Numbered from the stretch's first letter, positions 11,748 through 23,467 are shown. The stretch is DNA of 64,000 bases from an uncultured Methanosarcinaceae archaeon (GCA_963833425.1 CAWHXP010000007.1:160001-224000), one strand, 5' to 3'. The notes: generated by a model from the sequence alone, not told the origin. Numbers and translations: made by a program.

Positions 11748-12049
11748 CACAACGTCTCATCTGTTGGATGGCTGCCCCATTCAGGGTTACCCCATCACAG
11801 ACTATGTATGGGTCGCCACCTACTCTGCCCATTGGTGCAACTGTTAATGAATTCGGGTTACCACATACTGGGCCAACTGAGGCAGTTGCTAATGTATATG
11901 GGTTACCCCATCTGGGCCAACTGAGCAGCTGTTAATGAATCTCGGTCACCCCCATGCTGCGCCAGACACAGCTGTTAACGATACTACAAAAAGAATTGCA
12001 AACGAAATGGCAGTACCTTTTTTATTCTACTAACGTATTGTTTCAACAT
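11748..12049 (-). pseudogene. Small secreted protein with ~15-aa repeats (WGNPx(S/T)LTxASVGPV), frameshifted
   Basis: GGAGTG at 12055-12060, ATG 12049, leader MLKQYVSRIKKV-AISFAILFVVSLTAVSGA; ~45-bp imperfect repeats at 11784-11970. Confidence 0.65.
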
Positions 12050-12339
12050 TATTTCACTCCCCTATTTTATTATTCAAATTCATTTTATTTGTTTATGGAA
12101 TCTATTAACTTTAAAAAATTACTGAAGCAATCCATTAACCTTGATTTAAATCGGGCTCATTTACTTGACTCAAATAACTAAGTACAACTGATTCGAAAAA
12201 CTAATAAAATAATTTAAGACTTAAACTTATATAAGATTATTATTGTCAAAAATGAATTAATTTTGCCCAATATTTCTTTTTAAACTCGCCGACTTATGCG
12301 ATCAACTTTGCTAAATTTTACCTTCACTTCTTTAGAATA

Positions 12340-12520
12340 AAGGTATACTTCTTCAAAATAGTATAAAGGGCATGGATAGAATCACACCTACTGTTCCAAG
12401 TACATAATTCCAATAAATGAAAGCCCCCAATAAGAAAGCTGGAATAACTTTCAGTCTTTTTCCTGTAAATGATGGGACTACTATTTTTCACAGCATATTG
12501 AAAATCAGAATCAAAACAAT
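12340..12520 (-). pseudogene. C-terminal remnant of an AI-2E family transporter
   Basis: Translates to IVVPSFTGKRLKVIPAFLLGAFIYWNYVLGTVGVILSMP. Confidence 0.55.
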
Positions 12521-12901
12521 AAAGACGCTACAATTTATCTCAAAGTATTAGATAGATCTGCTTGAAAGAAGATATAAAAGATCTCATTTTCCCGAACGGA
12601 ACTATGGAAACAAAACTGGATACAAAATCAAATTACATCGAATTAACTTAAGGACTTAATTCTGAAATTTGTTAGTGAAGTAAAAATTAAAAATAACTCG
12701 ATTTTGAAATTGGTTAAATTCCTTTGAACATTCCATCATGATCGAGCTTTTTAGATACTAGTATTAAGTTTTATTGAAGAACTAATTCTTTCTGCAAATC
12801 CAGTAGTTCAATCCAAAAATGCAAAAATCATATATTGTGGACCAGATTTGAGATCTTATCATCTAAAATCTGGTCATCCTTGTCTAGGTAGATTTTCCAA
12901 T

Positions 12902-14392
12902 TTATGTACTGCCTATTCCCTGCAAGAGCATCTCCATCACTCGGTCGAGGGTAAAAGATGCAGATTTTTGGCGTGGAGAGAATTCTTTGAACGTTGTCAA
13001 AAAATCGCCTACGATGCTCTGGGCTGGTACCACCAGGAAAGCGTGATCTATCAACCAGTCGTAATAGGTGTTTGAGGTCTGGTCTGCACGCTCATAGGGA
13101 GCTGTTCGCAGGTTAAATACTTTAGGTATGCGTAGATGGACAAAAGGTTCAGCCCAAATCTGTAACGTACCTCGGACGCGCTGCTCCATAAAGACAAGTT
13201 TCCAGTTATCATACCGCGCAGCGACCAGGTCACCATCATCGGAAAAGTAAAAAAACTCGAAACGTGGGGACTTTTTCTCTTTTCCGATCAGATATGGGAG
13301 CAAGTTATAGCCATCAAGATGCACCTTGAAAGTTTTGTCACCTGCTTTGTGACCTTTTTTAAGTTTTTCCTTAATATCCATCTCTCCTGCTGCTGCAAGC
13401 AAAGTGGGCATCCAGTCAAGTAGACTCACTATCTCGTTAGAAATAGTACCTGCCGGAATCTTCCCGGGCCAACGGACTACCTGAGGAACACGGAAAGCTC
13501 CCTCCCAACATGAATTTTTTTCGTTGCGGAATGGTGTCATAGCTGCATCGGGCCAGGAGTTCATATGTGGTCCGTTATCTGTGCTGTAGACGACGATAGT
13601 ATCTTCTGCAATGCCAAGTTCATCTAGCAAATTCAGCAACATTCCTATCTGCTTATCGTGCTCAATCATGGCGTCATGGTATTCAGACTGCCAGCGGCCC
13701 GATTGCCCCCGTATTTTATCAGGGATATGAGTCCTGAAATGCATCCGAGTAGTATTGAACCAGACAAAGAATGGCTTATCGCTGTCGTGCTGACGCTTAA
13801 TAAAATCTGTGGCTGCTTCCAAAAACTCCGTATCTACGTTTTCCATTCGTTTCTTGGTTAACGGGCCAGTATCCTCAATGCGACCGTCGGCATAGCTGTG
13901 GATTACACCCCTGGGACCATAGTTTTTCCGGAAATTGGGAAAATCTTCCTCTGGTGGATAGTCGCGGTTTTCCGGTTCTTCCTCAGCGTTCAGATGATAA
14001 AGGTTTCCAAAGAACTCATCAAAACCGTGATTTGTAGGCAGGTGCTCGTCCAGGTCTCCAAGGTGATTCTTTCCAAAGTGCCCAGTAGCATAGCCAAGAG
14101 ATTTAAGAAGTTCTGCGATAGTTGGATCCTCTGCCTTGATTCCTAGCTTGGCTCCGGGCATGCCCACCTTGGTTAGCCCGGTACGGAAGGGACTCTGGCC
14201 TGTAATAAAAGATGCTCTGCCAGCAGTGCAACTCTGCTCCCCGTAAGAATCCGTAAATCTCATACCTCAATTGGCAAGCCTGTCGATATTTGGTGTTCTG
14301 TAACCCATAAGACCGTCGCTATAGCAACTGAGGTTGCTAATGCCAATGTCATCTCCAAAAATGACCAATATGTTCGGTTTCTTTTCTACCAT
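12902..14392 (-). pseudogene. Arylsulfatase (Cys-type) with one in-frame TGA at codon 42
   Basis: ATG 14392 gives [17 protein letters not shown]...[13 protein letters not shown], in frame with ORF 12902-14263; SCTAGR CxxxR motif, GKNHLG, HGFD, TDNG. Confidence 0.9.
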
Positions 14393-14727
14393 TTCTTAAT
14401 CACCAATTGATGGATTGATTGTATCCTATACAGCACCTTAATGATTATTATTAATCAAAAAAAATTAATTGCTTATTGATCTATTGCTTTCAGTTATAAA
14501 AGGCAATCCTTCAGATTAATTTAAAACAATGGTAAAAATAATCGTTTCTAACTAAAACTTATTTCGACATAAAAATTTTAAAGCCTAACAACAATTAAAT
14601 ATTAATTATATTTTTATTATTCCCGGCAATCAACAAATTATGAATAGAAAGGCTATGTAACGTCGCCACTCACTATTTATAGAAGAGAACGTTGTCTGAT
14701 CATCAAAGAGGAAATTGAGGTATTATT

Positions 14728-15600
14728 ATGGAACTGACAACATTGATACTGCACTCGTTAGACGCTAGTGTCTTGCTCACCATAACTAGTGTCATGCTTA
14801 CCATATTCGTTCTCGGGCTCAGTGCAAGACCACAGGACACGACATAGCTATTCCACAGGCCGGGGGTAGTTATTGAGATCTTTTCTGTCGATGAGCGTTG
14901 TCATGCCACTGTTCACAGCAGTTGTGATTGCATCCCTCCATTTGCATCCGGTAGTGGGGATAACACTAATTGCTCTGGCAGTGTCACCTATCCCGCCACT
15001 AATTCCTAAAAGAGTGTTGAATGCAGGCGGAAATAAGTCTTATACAATCGGCCTGCTTGTAGCTGCTTTCTTGTTTGCGATTATCTTCGTACCACTGGCT
15101 GTAGACCTGCTGGGGATAGCTGTCGACAGCCCAGCGAAAATATCTCATGCAAAGGTCATGTTTATCGTGGGAATGACCACTCTAGTACCGTTGGGGGCTG
15201 GGATGTTAGTTTGCTTTACAGCGCTTTCCTTCGCTGAGCGAATTATGAAGCCAATTACCTTGGTCGCATCAGTACTCCTCATAAGCGTCTTACCTATAGT
15301 ATTTATCAGTATACCAATTGTCGTGTCGATGATAGGCAATGGTACGCTTGTCTCCATAATTGTATTTATTCTCATAGGACTCACATTTGGCTATCTGTTA
15401 GGAGGACTTGAACTGGAAGACCGGACTGTATTAGCGCTCATGACATCTTCCAAGCATCCTGAATTGCGATCGCGATTGCTAGCACGATTTATCCTGAGAA
15501 AAATTTCGTGATAGCCGCTATCCTTCTATATTTGCTCATGAACACAATATATCATTTCCATACCTAATATGGTCAAAGCGCCAGAATACGAAGACGTGAT
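14728..15600 (+). pseudogene. Bile acid:sodium symporter family transporter
   Basis: ATG 14728, in-frame TAG and frameshift before ORF 14873-15511 (ALAVSPIPP, GYLLGG...RTVLAL); further frameshift at the 3' end. Confidence 0.7.
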
Positions 15601-15753
15601 ATTTCCTAAATTGGTGACGCAGAAATGGGGAAGATATAGGAAGAATATATACCCTAAGGAAATAGCTAAGATAGAGAATTTTACCGAATTTCACGATTCA
15701 GTTCTTATGGAGATGGTAACAGGACATTGGAAGATTTGGGAATTTTGATTTTG

Positions 15754-16055
15754 AATGCAGCCGCTTTCCTGTTCAATACTGCGGGTTCGTTACTTATCAT
15801 ATATGGAGGACTCCAGGCAATCGTAGAGATCCTTTTGTATGAATTTGTGAAAAGCCTCATAGTTACCAGCAAATGAGAAAAGGGCTTACTGACAAAATTG
15901 TCTTCGGGCTTGAATTTGTCATTGCAGCCGATGTACTAGGGACCACAAGGCATTCAACTCAGGAAAAACTGATCCTTCTGAGCACCGTCGTGTTGATAAG
16001 AACAGTTCTTGGTCATTTTCTCGGCAAGGAAGTTTCAGAATACCAATTGGATTAA
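15754..16055 (+). pseudogene. DUF1622 family membrane protein, frameshifted
   Basis: FGLEFVIAADVLGT...VLIRTVLGHFLGKE; the 5' part (GSLLIIYGGLQA) is in another frame. Confidence 0.7.
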
Positions 16056-16230
16056 AATAGGGCTAAAAAAGCCTCATAACATGCATGGCACTCTGAATCT
16101 CTTGATAGCCTACATTCTTTGCTCTTTTCTGTAATCGCATCAATTACTTTAACATTAATTTTCTCTTTGTAAGCTATTTTGTTGAGTATTCAATCCACTA
16201 AAAAAAGTTAGAAGGTAAATTTTTAAAGTA

Positions 16231-16549
16231 TTAGCAATAACTCTCGTATTTTTCCATATCTATGTCTTTACCATCGTCAGTCTTCACAGCCACTACTTTT
16301 CCGATACCTATATCTTTACCACCTTCTGTCTCCATAGCTGCTACTTTTCCCATATCTATTTCTTTACCATCGTCAGTTTTCATGGCCACTATTTTCCCCA
16401 TACCTATATCTTTACCATCCTCAGTTTTACATAGACACTACTTTTTTCATAGCTATTTCTTTACCATTCCCATTTTCTGCACTTACTGCTACAGCTGTCA
16501 CGGACATTAAAAAACAAACTTCCAGTAAAATACCAAGTATCTTTTTCAT
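16231..16549 (-). pseudogene. Small secreted protein with 16-aa (48-bp) repeats, one frameshift
   Basis: MKKILGILLEVCFLMSVTAVAVSA leader, then about five KT(D/E)DGK(D/E)I(G/D)MGK(V/I)VAM units; a +1 insertion after the first unit creates TAA. Confidence 0.7.
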
Positions 16550-16759
16550 TGTCTTAACTCCTTTTGATTGCGTTTCTATTCATTTTAGCAAAGATATTTC
16601 AAATTTTCTAAATAGTAATCTTAAATCATGATGTTCTTTTATTTTAAATTAATTATAAAAAACAGTTTCTGAATAAAATTTCTTCCCCATAAAATACTTT
16701 AATATTGAAAAATATTTTAACATCGGAAAATAATTAGATATTAATAGTGTTTTGTTATT

Positions 16760-17090
16760 TTCGGGTTTTTGATTGATTGAAGTCAATTGCAAGTGAATAT
16801 TGTGTATTTTGGCGATTCCAGAAGATATTAAAAAATCTACTAAATTATGAAAATACAAATTCAGAGCGTTCAATGACCCCTGATACAACTAGAACTTGAT
16901 GTGAGATTAAACTACGCTGCTTTTTAGAAGGACTCGATGCAAAATTAAGAAATTTACATAGGATAATAAGACATTATTATTATCAAATTATTGTTTGATA
17001 TTAAAAATTTTAATGTAGAAGTAACTTTTATTCCAAAACTATTTTTTGCACAATTAATTAAAAATAATTCAGGTATTTGTTTATATTTCA
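16760..17090 (+). repeat. ~320-bp non-coding segment duplicated at ~23150-23467 (partial copy ~53050-53130)
   Basis: Colinear shared blocks: CAAATTCAGA..GTTCAATGACC, TGAGATTAAACT, TAGAAGTAACTTTTAT.C.AAACTATTTTT. Confidence 0.8.
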
Positions 17091-17131
17091 ACAAAAATTA
17101 AGAAATCTAAATCAGAAAAGGAGATTGGTTC

Positions 17132-17620
17132 ATGGCAACTTTAACAGTCCTGAAGTTTGACACCACTGATGGTGCAAAAAATGAACTTAAAGTAATTGAA
17201 GATTTAAGTAAGCAGCAAATGATTAAGCTACAAGATGCGGCTATAGTTACGTGGGTTAAGGGAAAAAAGAAGCCAAAAACTGAGCACTTGACTAATTTAA
17301 CTCGCATAGGCGCACTGAGCGGCGCTTTTTGGGGTCTATTATTTGGTATTCTCTTCTTTATTCCTTTGGTTGGTCTAGTCGCAGGGGCCGCGATAGGTGC
17401 GCTAGGCGGTTCAATGACCCATATGGGAATCGATGAAGATTTCATTAAATCTATCCGTAGCAAAGTGACTGAAGGAACTTCTGCTCTCTTTATGGTGACT
17501 AGTGACGCCGTTGAAGATAGGGTAGTAGAAGCTATGAAAAAGTCCAAGTTTGAAATTATCGCCACTAACCTGTCCAAGGAAGAAGAAGAAAAACTGCGTG
17601 CAGCTTTTGCTGAAGAATAA
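17132..17620 (+). CDS. DUF1269 family membrane protein
   Basis: DAAIVTW, GALSGAFWGLLFG glycine zipper, GIDEDFIK, GTSALF, TNLSKEEEEKLR. Confidence 0.88.
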   Translation: MATLTVLKFDTTDGAKNELKVIEDLSKQQMIKLQDAAIVTWVKGKKKPKTEHLTNLTRIGALSGAFWGLLFGILFFIPLVGLVAGAAIGALGGSMTHMGIDEDFIKSIRSKVTEGTSALFMVTSDAVEDRVVEAMKKSKFEIIATNLSKEEEEKLRAAFAEE

Positions 17621-18074
17621 ATTTCACCGAAAAATAACTCAGTTTCTACCAGAAAGTTTACTTTCTGGAAACCATTTTAGCTTTTGCAGAATTTATAATC
17701 AGGCCTTAAAATATAGATTTCTATCTATTCAAAATTTAGTGATTTTTTTGATTTTACGCCAATAACTTGATTTTGGAATTGAGTCCTGTTAAAAAAGGAG
17801 ATTAATTATAAAAAGTGTAAATTTACTGACTTTTAGAAAATCATATTTTTACCTGATTTCAGTAAATTAATACTATGAACAAATGAAAATATTTGAGTAT
17901 CCCTTGTTTTCAGCCTGTGTTCTTGATACCTTGATCGTCCCATTGATATAGAAATATAGAGCACTTGGATGATTAAATGCCCAGCAAAAGTGAAAATCAT
18001 ACTGCAAATGAATCTAGGTAATCCGTTTTCAAATACCAAAAAGCTTATTCAGAATCCCACATGGTATATACCTA

Positions 18075-20165
18075 TTAATAGAAATTCAAGAGCGTTATGA
18101 ACAGCAGAATCCCGTGATGACAGGCCAGTAAAGTACCTTCATGTACATGTTGTCGTTTGCATCAATAAAAGGGATACTCCGATTTGACGCAAAAGCTATT
18201 GCATTCAAGGAAACAACCAAGATTGCAATGTACATTACAAAGTAGAAATATTCAATGAAGATTATTCCTCCTATAGGAATTCTAGCTCTAAGAGAAGAGT
18301 GGGCAACAATAAGAGTAAAAAGAATTGATGTGCAATAACCCAAGACTCCCTGTGAACTGAATCCGAAATGAGTTTTGCTTTCACCCTTGGTAATCATTGT
18401 AAGTATCGCAAACAGAAGAACAAGTACCACTGTTATGAGTATAAGATCGGGATCAAATATAGTTTCAAAGTTCCTTTTGACATCGACGTTGAATTGAAGT
18501 TCGGGTGCAGTGGAATTTGCAAAGTTCCCTAGCCCCATATTGGTATTATGAGAATTAACCCTGTAGCTGAAAAATGTTTTTTGAGGTTTCCAGCTATCCA
18601 GTAAGAAAGAGCTTCCCAAGCCTGGAAGGCTTTCTGGAACCAAACTTTTATAGGAATCAAAGTCCGGAACCAAGATGTTTCCTGCTGACTTGTTACTCAA
18701 TACTCTGATCCCTACATCTTCTCTGTCAAAAGGATATTTTGAATAATCTAACTGCTGGCGCTGAGTAGTCTTAAAACGCCAGCCTATAACACCTTTATTC
18801 CTATTCACATAGTCTTTTTCAATTGTGGTTTCTTTTGAATTCGGAAAACTAAAGTCAGGGACATCCTTCCGAGCCCCAAGATCTGAAGTATTTTGCCAGA
18901 TATATCCGGTTATTAAGACTGCATTAGCATTCAAGAACTCCATTGACTGGATATAAAATCCCGTCGGAATCCGGTGAGCTGCCGGGCTCGTATTGACATG
19001 TTGCAACACCGTTTCAACACCTTCCCTGTCGAAAACAACAAGGTCCCCATTCCTACCATCAAGAGAAGAATTATTCATAGTACTGTGCCATAGAAAACCT
19101 ATTCCCAGGATACAAAGTAATGAAAAAAATAACTGCAAGCGTCCATAATCCTTTATGGTCATACCTGTAAATGGATACAAAAAGCAAGCACAGAGAGAAT
19201 AAAAAAGCAAACATTGCGAACACTATATAAATAATTGAGTGTGTTTGCTCTGCCTTTTTGTTCAGCAGAGTTTCTTCCTGTGGAATGACGAATCCTAGAA
19301 TCCAATCTGTAGAAGGAATATTTTTTTGAAATACCCAGTAGGATTTCCCTATAAGGTAATTTGTCGCCAAATAATCTTGTTTTTTTATGTTCTCATTTAT
19401 GAAGTGAAGATTTGGATCTTTTTGTGCAAGATCACGACTATTTCTGGTCAAATATTCTTGGATAGGATAAGATATAATCACCCCCTTCCCAGAAATGATG
19501 AAACCATAACCCGTATTTCCTATATTGAGTCTATTTAGATACGCCCTCATTCTGTCAAGAGATTGACGAACACTTACTACTCCTGCAGCTTTGCTCCCAT
19601 TCCCGGATTCTGCAAGATAAAAAGGAACCGAATAACTTATCTGATAACTGCGGTCTGCAATCCCGAAATAAGGTGAAATCAATTCTTTTAATCCTTTTTT
19701 AAAGGCATCATTGTACCATGCCGTTTGTTCACTCTCTTTTGTGTAGTCATATGTGAGCGGAGCATAATACGACTTCTGAACCATTTCTCTTGAAATAAGG
19801 CGCATAGAGTTTACCGGCATTTGTAGCAGGAGAATATGCAACGACGATGCTAATAATGTTGGAATGGTTCTTCATTTCAGCAAGGAGACGCTCCTGGAGC
19901 ATGGAATCATTTTCCAATTTTCCGGAACTCAGATCCTTTGCAACTCCATCAGCAAGGGAGATAGTAGAATTAGCTACAATATTAGTATTTTTATGGCAAT
20001 ATCGGCTTTTTTAAGCGCATTTTCCTTTGCCTCTGCTAGAATTATTTCATTTGTCTTGCTACTTTTGTACTCATATCCGAAATATGTCAGTAGCAAAAAA
20101 CTAAGTAGACAGAATAGGGATGCAATACAAATTGCCTGTTTTCTATGTTTATCCGAGCTGGTCAT
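18075..20165 (-). pseudogene. Cache-domain / pentameric ligand-gated ion channel (Pro-loop receptor) fusion, four 1-bp frameshifts
   Basis: N-terminal TM; Cache-like region (AWYNDA..ISPYFG..ISYSVPF; GNTGYGFIISGKGVIISYP); TMs; then DYSKYPFDRE Pro-loop, pre-M1 VKRN and four C-terminal hydrophobic helices. Confidence 0.8.
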
Positions 20166-20409
20166 TTTTATCTTCTAACTATTATTACACTTTTTCATTC
20201 ATTTCGCTTCTTGTCTTTGTATTCATAGTATTTGGATTATCTATTGTTTTATTCCTTATAAAATCATTTTCAATTTTATAAAATTCTTTTCGTACTTTGG
20301 TTCCCAGCCACTTATAGAGGCACCACCAAATATCCAGATAGCTACAACTGGCGTTTTCAACTTTATATAAAGAAGGCTTGTTGAGAATGGTGTGAAAATG
20401 ATGATCACA

Positions 20410-20808
20410 CTACCTGCGGAGCAACAGGATAAAAATGATTGACATTAGTCCCAGCAGAGTCACAAGCCTGGCTACGACCTCAGCGGTTCGGGTTGTGACG
20501 CTAAAGTCTCCCGCTTCGATTTGCCTTGAATGACGAATGTATCTCCTAACGCCGTCTTCTGCCATCAAAATTCCCGTTACAACCATGATTATTGACATGC
20601 TACGTACCAGGGGCAGTCCGCGTATGACCACGTCTAAAAACCTGGCTGCTGCCAAGCCAAGCCCGATTAAGGCAATTCCTGTCCGAAGCCAGGCAAGAAA
20701 CGTTCTCTCATTTGCGAGATGAGTTCTTGCTCGGCTCTCTAGCGCGGTCCTCTGTTGGCGCTCCTCCTGATTTAATGTCTCATGCTCATTTTGTGTCACA
20801 TCTCCCAC
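20410..20808 (-). CDS. YidH/DUF202 family membrane protein
   Basis: RTHLANERTFLAWLRTG motif and three TMs. Confidence 0.9.
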   Translation of the reverse strand: MGDVTQNEHETLNQEERQQRTALESRARTHLANERTFLAWLRTGIALIGLGLAAARFLDVVIRGLPLVRSMSIIMVVTGILMAEDGVRRYIRHSRQIEAGDFSVTTRTAEVVARLVTLLGLMSIIFILLLRR

Positions 20809-20824
20809 CTACTCGCTAGGACAT

Positions 20825-21020
20825 TTTTTGTGTTTCAGCAAGCTTTTTTTATTTTTCTTTAACCAATTTTAAGTTTTCTCAAGCTGATTTGTTTGCTCTT
20901 CAACTAGTTTTTCTAAATTACCAAATGCCTTTTTAAGGTTTCCTCTACTTCTTTGCGCTTGGTGATGTCATAATGCAGTATCAGAACCATGCTGGTCGTG
21001 AATTTTTAAATATTTCCCGC
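20825..21020 (-). pseudogene. Fragment of a PAS sensor kinase (PAS C-terminus and coiled-coil linker)
   Basis: DITKRKEVEETLK..FGNLEKLVEEQTNQLEKT. Confidence 0.55.
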
Positions 21021-21911
21021 CATGTATATCAAAAAATAAAATTTTGGATTGTGACATTGAATCTTTGATTAAATCTGAAAACTTAGTATACTTTATTTGC
21101 AGAAAAGTGTAGATAGAAACTTTGCTTGCGATTTTCAACATTATATAGGCATGATCTATCCTATTTCAAGGACTATTTGTTTCTTTTAATTGGCAAGGTA
21201 TTTTTAAGGATTTTGATAAACATCTGATTATCACGAATCATTAATAGGTTATGTATAAATTCGCGTATCATGACTCTTTTCTTCTAATTATATAATATTC
21301 TTTTTGTAACAATCCCGTTTTATTTTTCCTCACGAAAAACAAAGAATAATAGGATAAAAAATTAAATTTATTGATACTTGTCTTAAAACTTCTAAGTCTT
21401 CAAGACTAAGCCTTTATTCCTGCAAATATTCCAAATATGTACATACCCATTATCCACTTCTTGGTCTGATTTTTGAAGGAATAGATTGAAACAGACTTTT
21501 GTGACATTAGATAATTTCTTAACCTTATGCGCTGCATAATTAGCGTTCTGCAGATGCATAAAGAAGTAGAATTTGTTTGCCTATGTGCCCACTATTATTC
21601 ATAAAGTTGGAACTTACGCATTTGATGTACAAAATCCAGTACAATTAACACTATGGTATAAAATATATAATAGGTTAGAAAATCAGCAAAGTAAACAAAC
21701 AATTATACACGCTGTTTAAACTCAACGTCGACGCAACCAAAGGCGGGTATGCGTGTGTGGCTATGATGATCGCCGATGCATGGCGGCGCTGGCACCTCCA
21801 TCCAGAATATGCGTCGTTTGCTGTTGCCTAAGAAGACACTAGCGCTTGGGCTAGCAGATCGGAATAATCTGAGGCCCAATCTCTAAAAGTCTCTAAATAA
21901 TTAGTAGGTGG

Positions 21912-22807
21912 ATGACTATTTCAACTCAACTAGAATCGTGGAACAATGGCCATGTCAAAAGCGCTATCATGGAATTCATCACGAAGGTAACTACATAAAA
22001 CGATTTTTATTGGTTTCCCCCAACAGAAAGGATCGCAACTTTCGACAACGACGGTACACTCTGGGTAGAGGTGCCTGCGCCGCCACATTATGACTTTCAA
22101 TTTCGGAAATGGATTGAGGAGGCACATGAAGATCCGTCGCTGGCGTCCAAGCAGCCTTACAAAGCGATCCTCGATAAGGACAAGGAGTTCTTCGAGGCTC
22201 TGGCATTTCAGGATCCTACTATCATGCCCTCAATTCAAGACGCGCTCGCACGATCGTGGGCCTACATAACGCCGGAAGACTGCGCTGCTGAGATGCGAGA
22301 GTGGATCACGACCGCCAAGCAACCGAAGTTTGGGATTAGCTACATAAAGCTCGTTTACAAGCCAATGATCGAGCTGTTTGACTATCTCAAGGCCCATGAC
22401 TTCCGAGTTTTCGTGTGCTCCGACGGAGGTCTGGACTTTATGCGGGTGTTCTCCGAGAAGGTATTAAGCGTCATGAAAAAGAACTTCATCGGCACCGAAG
22501 CCGAGTACGAGTACAAGGGCGGGAAGCTACAGCGCACCGGTAAGATTCTCGGCGGTATCGCTCTCGGCCCCGCTAAATCCTCGCGCATCTACAGCAGGAC
22601 TGGCCGTCTACCAGCTTTCTCCGGCGGAAACATGGATGGGACATCGAGATGTTAAAGGTCTCGAAGTTCGCTCTCCTGATCAACCACGACGACCCCAACA
22701 GGAAGTTCGAGTATACGAAGGGTGCCGAGAAGGCGCTGGTGAAGGCCAAGGAGCTGGGATGGACGGTCGTCAGCATGAAAAATGATTGGAAGAACGTATT
22801 TGCTTAG
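21912..22807 (+). pseudogene. HAD-superfamily hydrolase (nonspecific acid phosphatase-like)
   Basis: MTISTQLESWNNG, in-frame TAA, then ERIATFDNDGTLWVE; VYKPMIELFDYL; C-terminus GWTVVSMKNDWKNVFA in a shifted frame; GC-rich. Confidence 0.8.
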
Positions 22808-23149
22808 TTTCATTAGAGAGAAACGCAAACGCATCCACATGCATGGCAGTTGGACAAATTTGCCAGTGCTGTGCGAGCAAACTGAATGGGGTTCTCTGGA
22901 ATCACATAGCTACAGCAGGAGCAATCCGGCTAAACATTAAACTGCTTCCGGATAGTGCAGAAAAGAGTAAGCTAAGGACGGAAAGTTTGGTAAGCCTGAG
23001 CGCCACACCACCACCATCATAATTCACCGTTATTATATCTCCCTATCGAAAAAGTAATCTTTTAAATAGGACAAAATATTAACCATTGACTTTGCATCCT
23101 GCTTTTTATATCGAGGTTTTACGGCAACAAATTAAACATTTTTATTATT

Positions 23150-23467
23150 TTCTGGATTGTTTTGTTGATTCCAGTCAAATGCAAGGGAAATCAATTGTAT
23201 ATTTTGGCATTTCCATAAGATATAACAAAGATCTCATGAATTAAAAAATGGCAAATTCAGATTGTTCAATGACCAAAGGACACAATTAGAATTTGATTTG
23301 AGATTAAACTGCGTTGCTTATTAGAAGGAACTCTATATAAAATTTATGAAGTTATTTGGAAATAATAAAAATATCATTAATATCAAATAATTGTCTACTA
23401 TTAAAATATTTTATCTAGAAGTAACTTTTATCCCGAAACTATTTTTAATATAATTAATTTAAAATAA
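23150..23467 (+). repeat. Second copy of the ~320-bp non-coding segment at 16760-17090
   Basis: Colinear similarity visible by eye. Confidence 0.8.

Noticed and set aside
14267..14269. Selenocysteine at the sulfatase TGA
   Set aside because: The position corresponds to Glu, not Cys; the catalytic Cys is normally encoded; Methanosarcina are not known to use Sec.
6883..16480. CRISPR array in the 18-, 45- or 48-bp repeats
   Set aside because: Units are contiguous, multiples of three, lack unique spacers and lie in signal-peptide ORFs; no cas genes are present.
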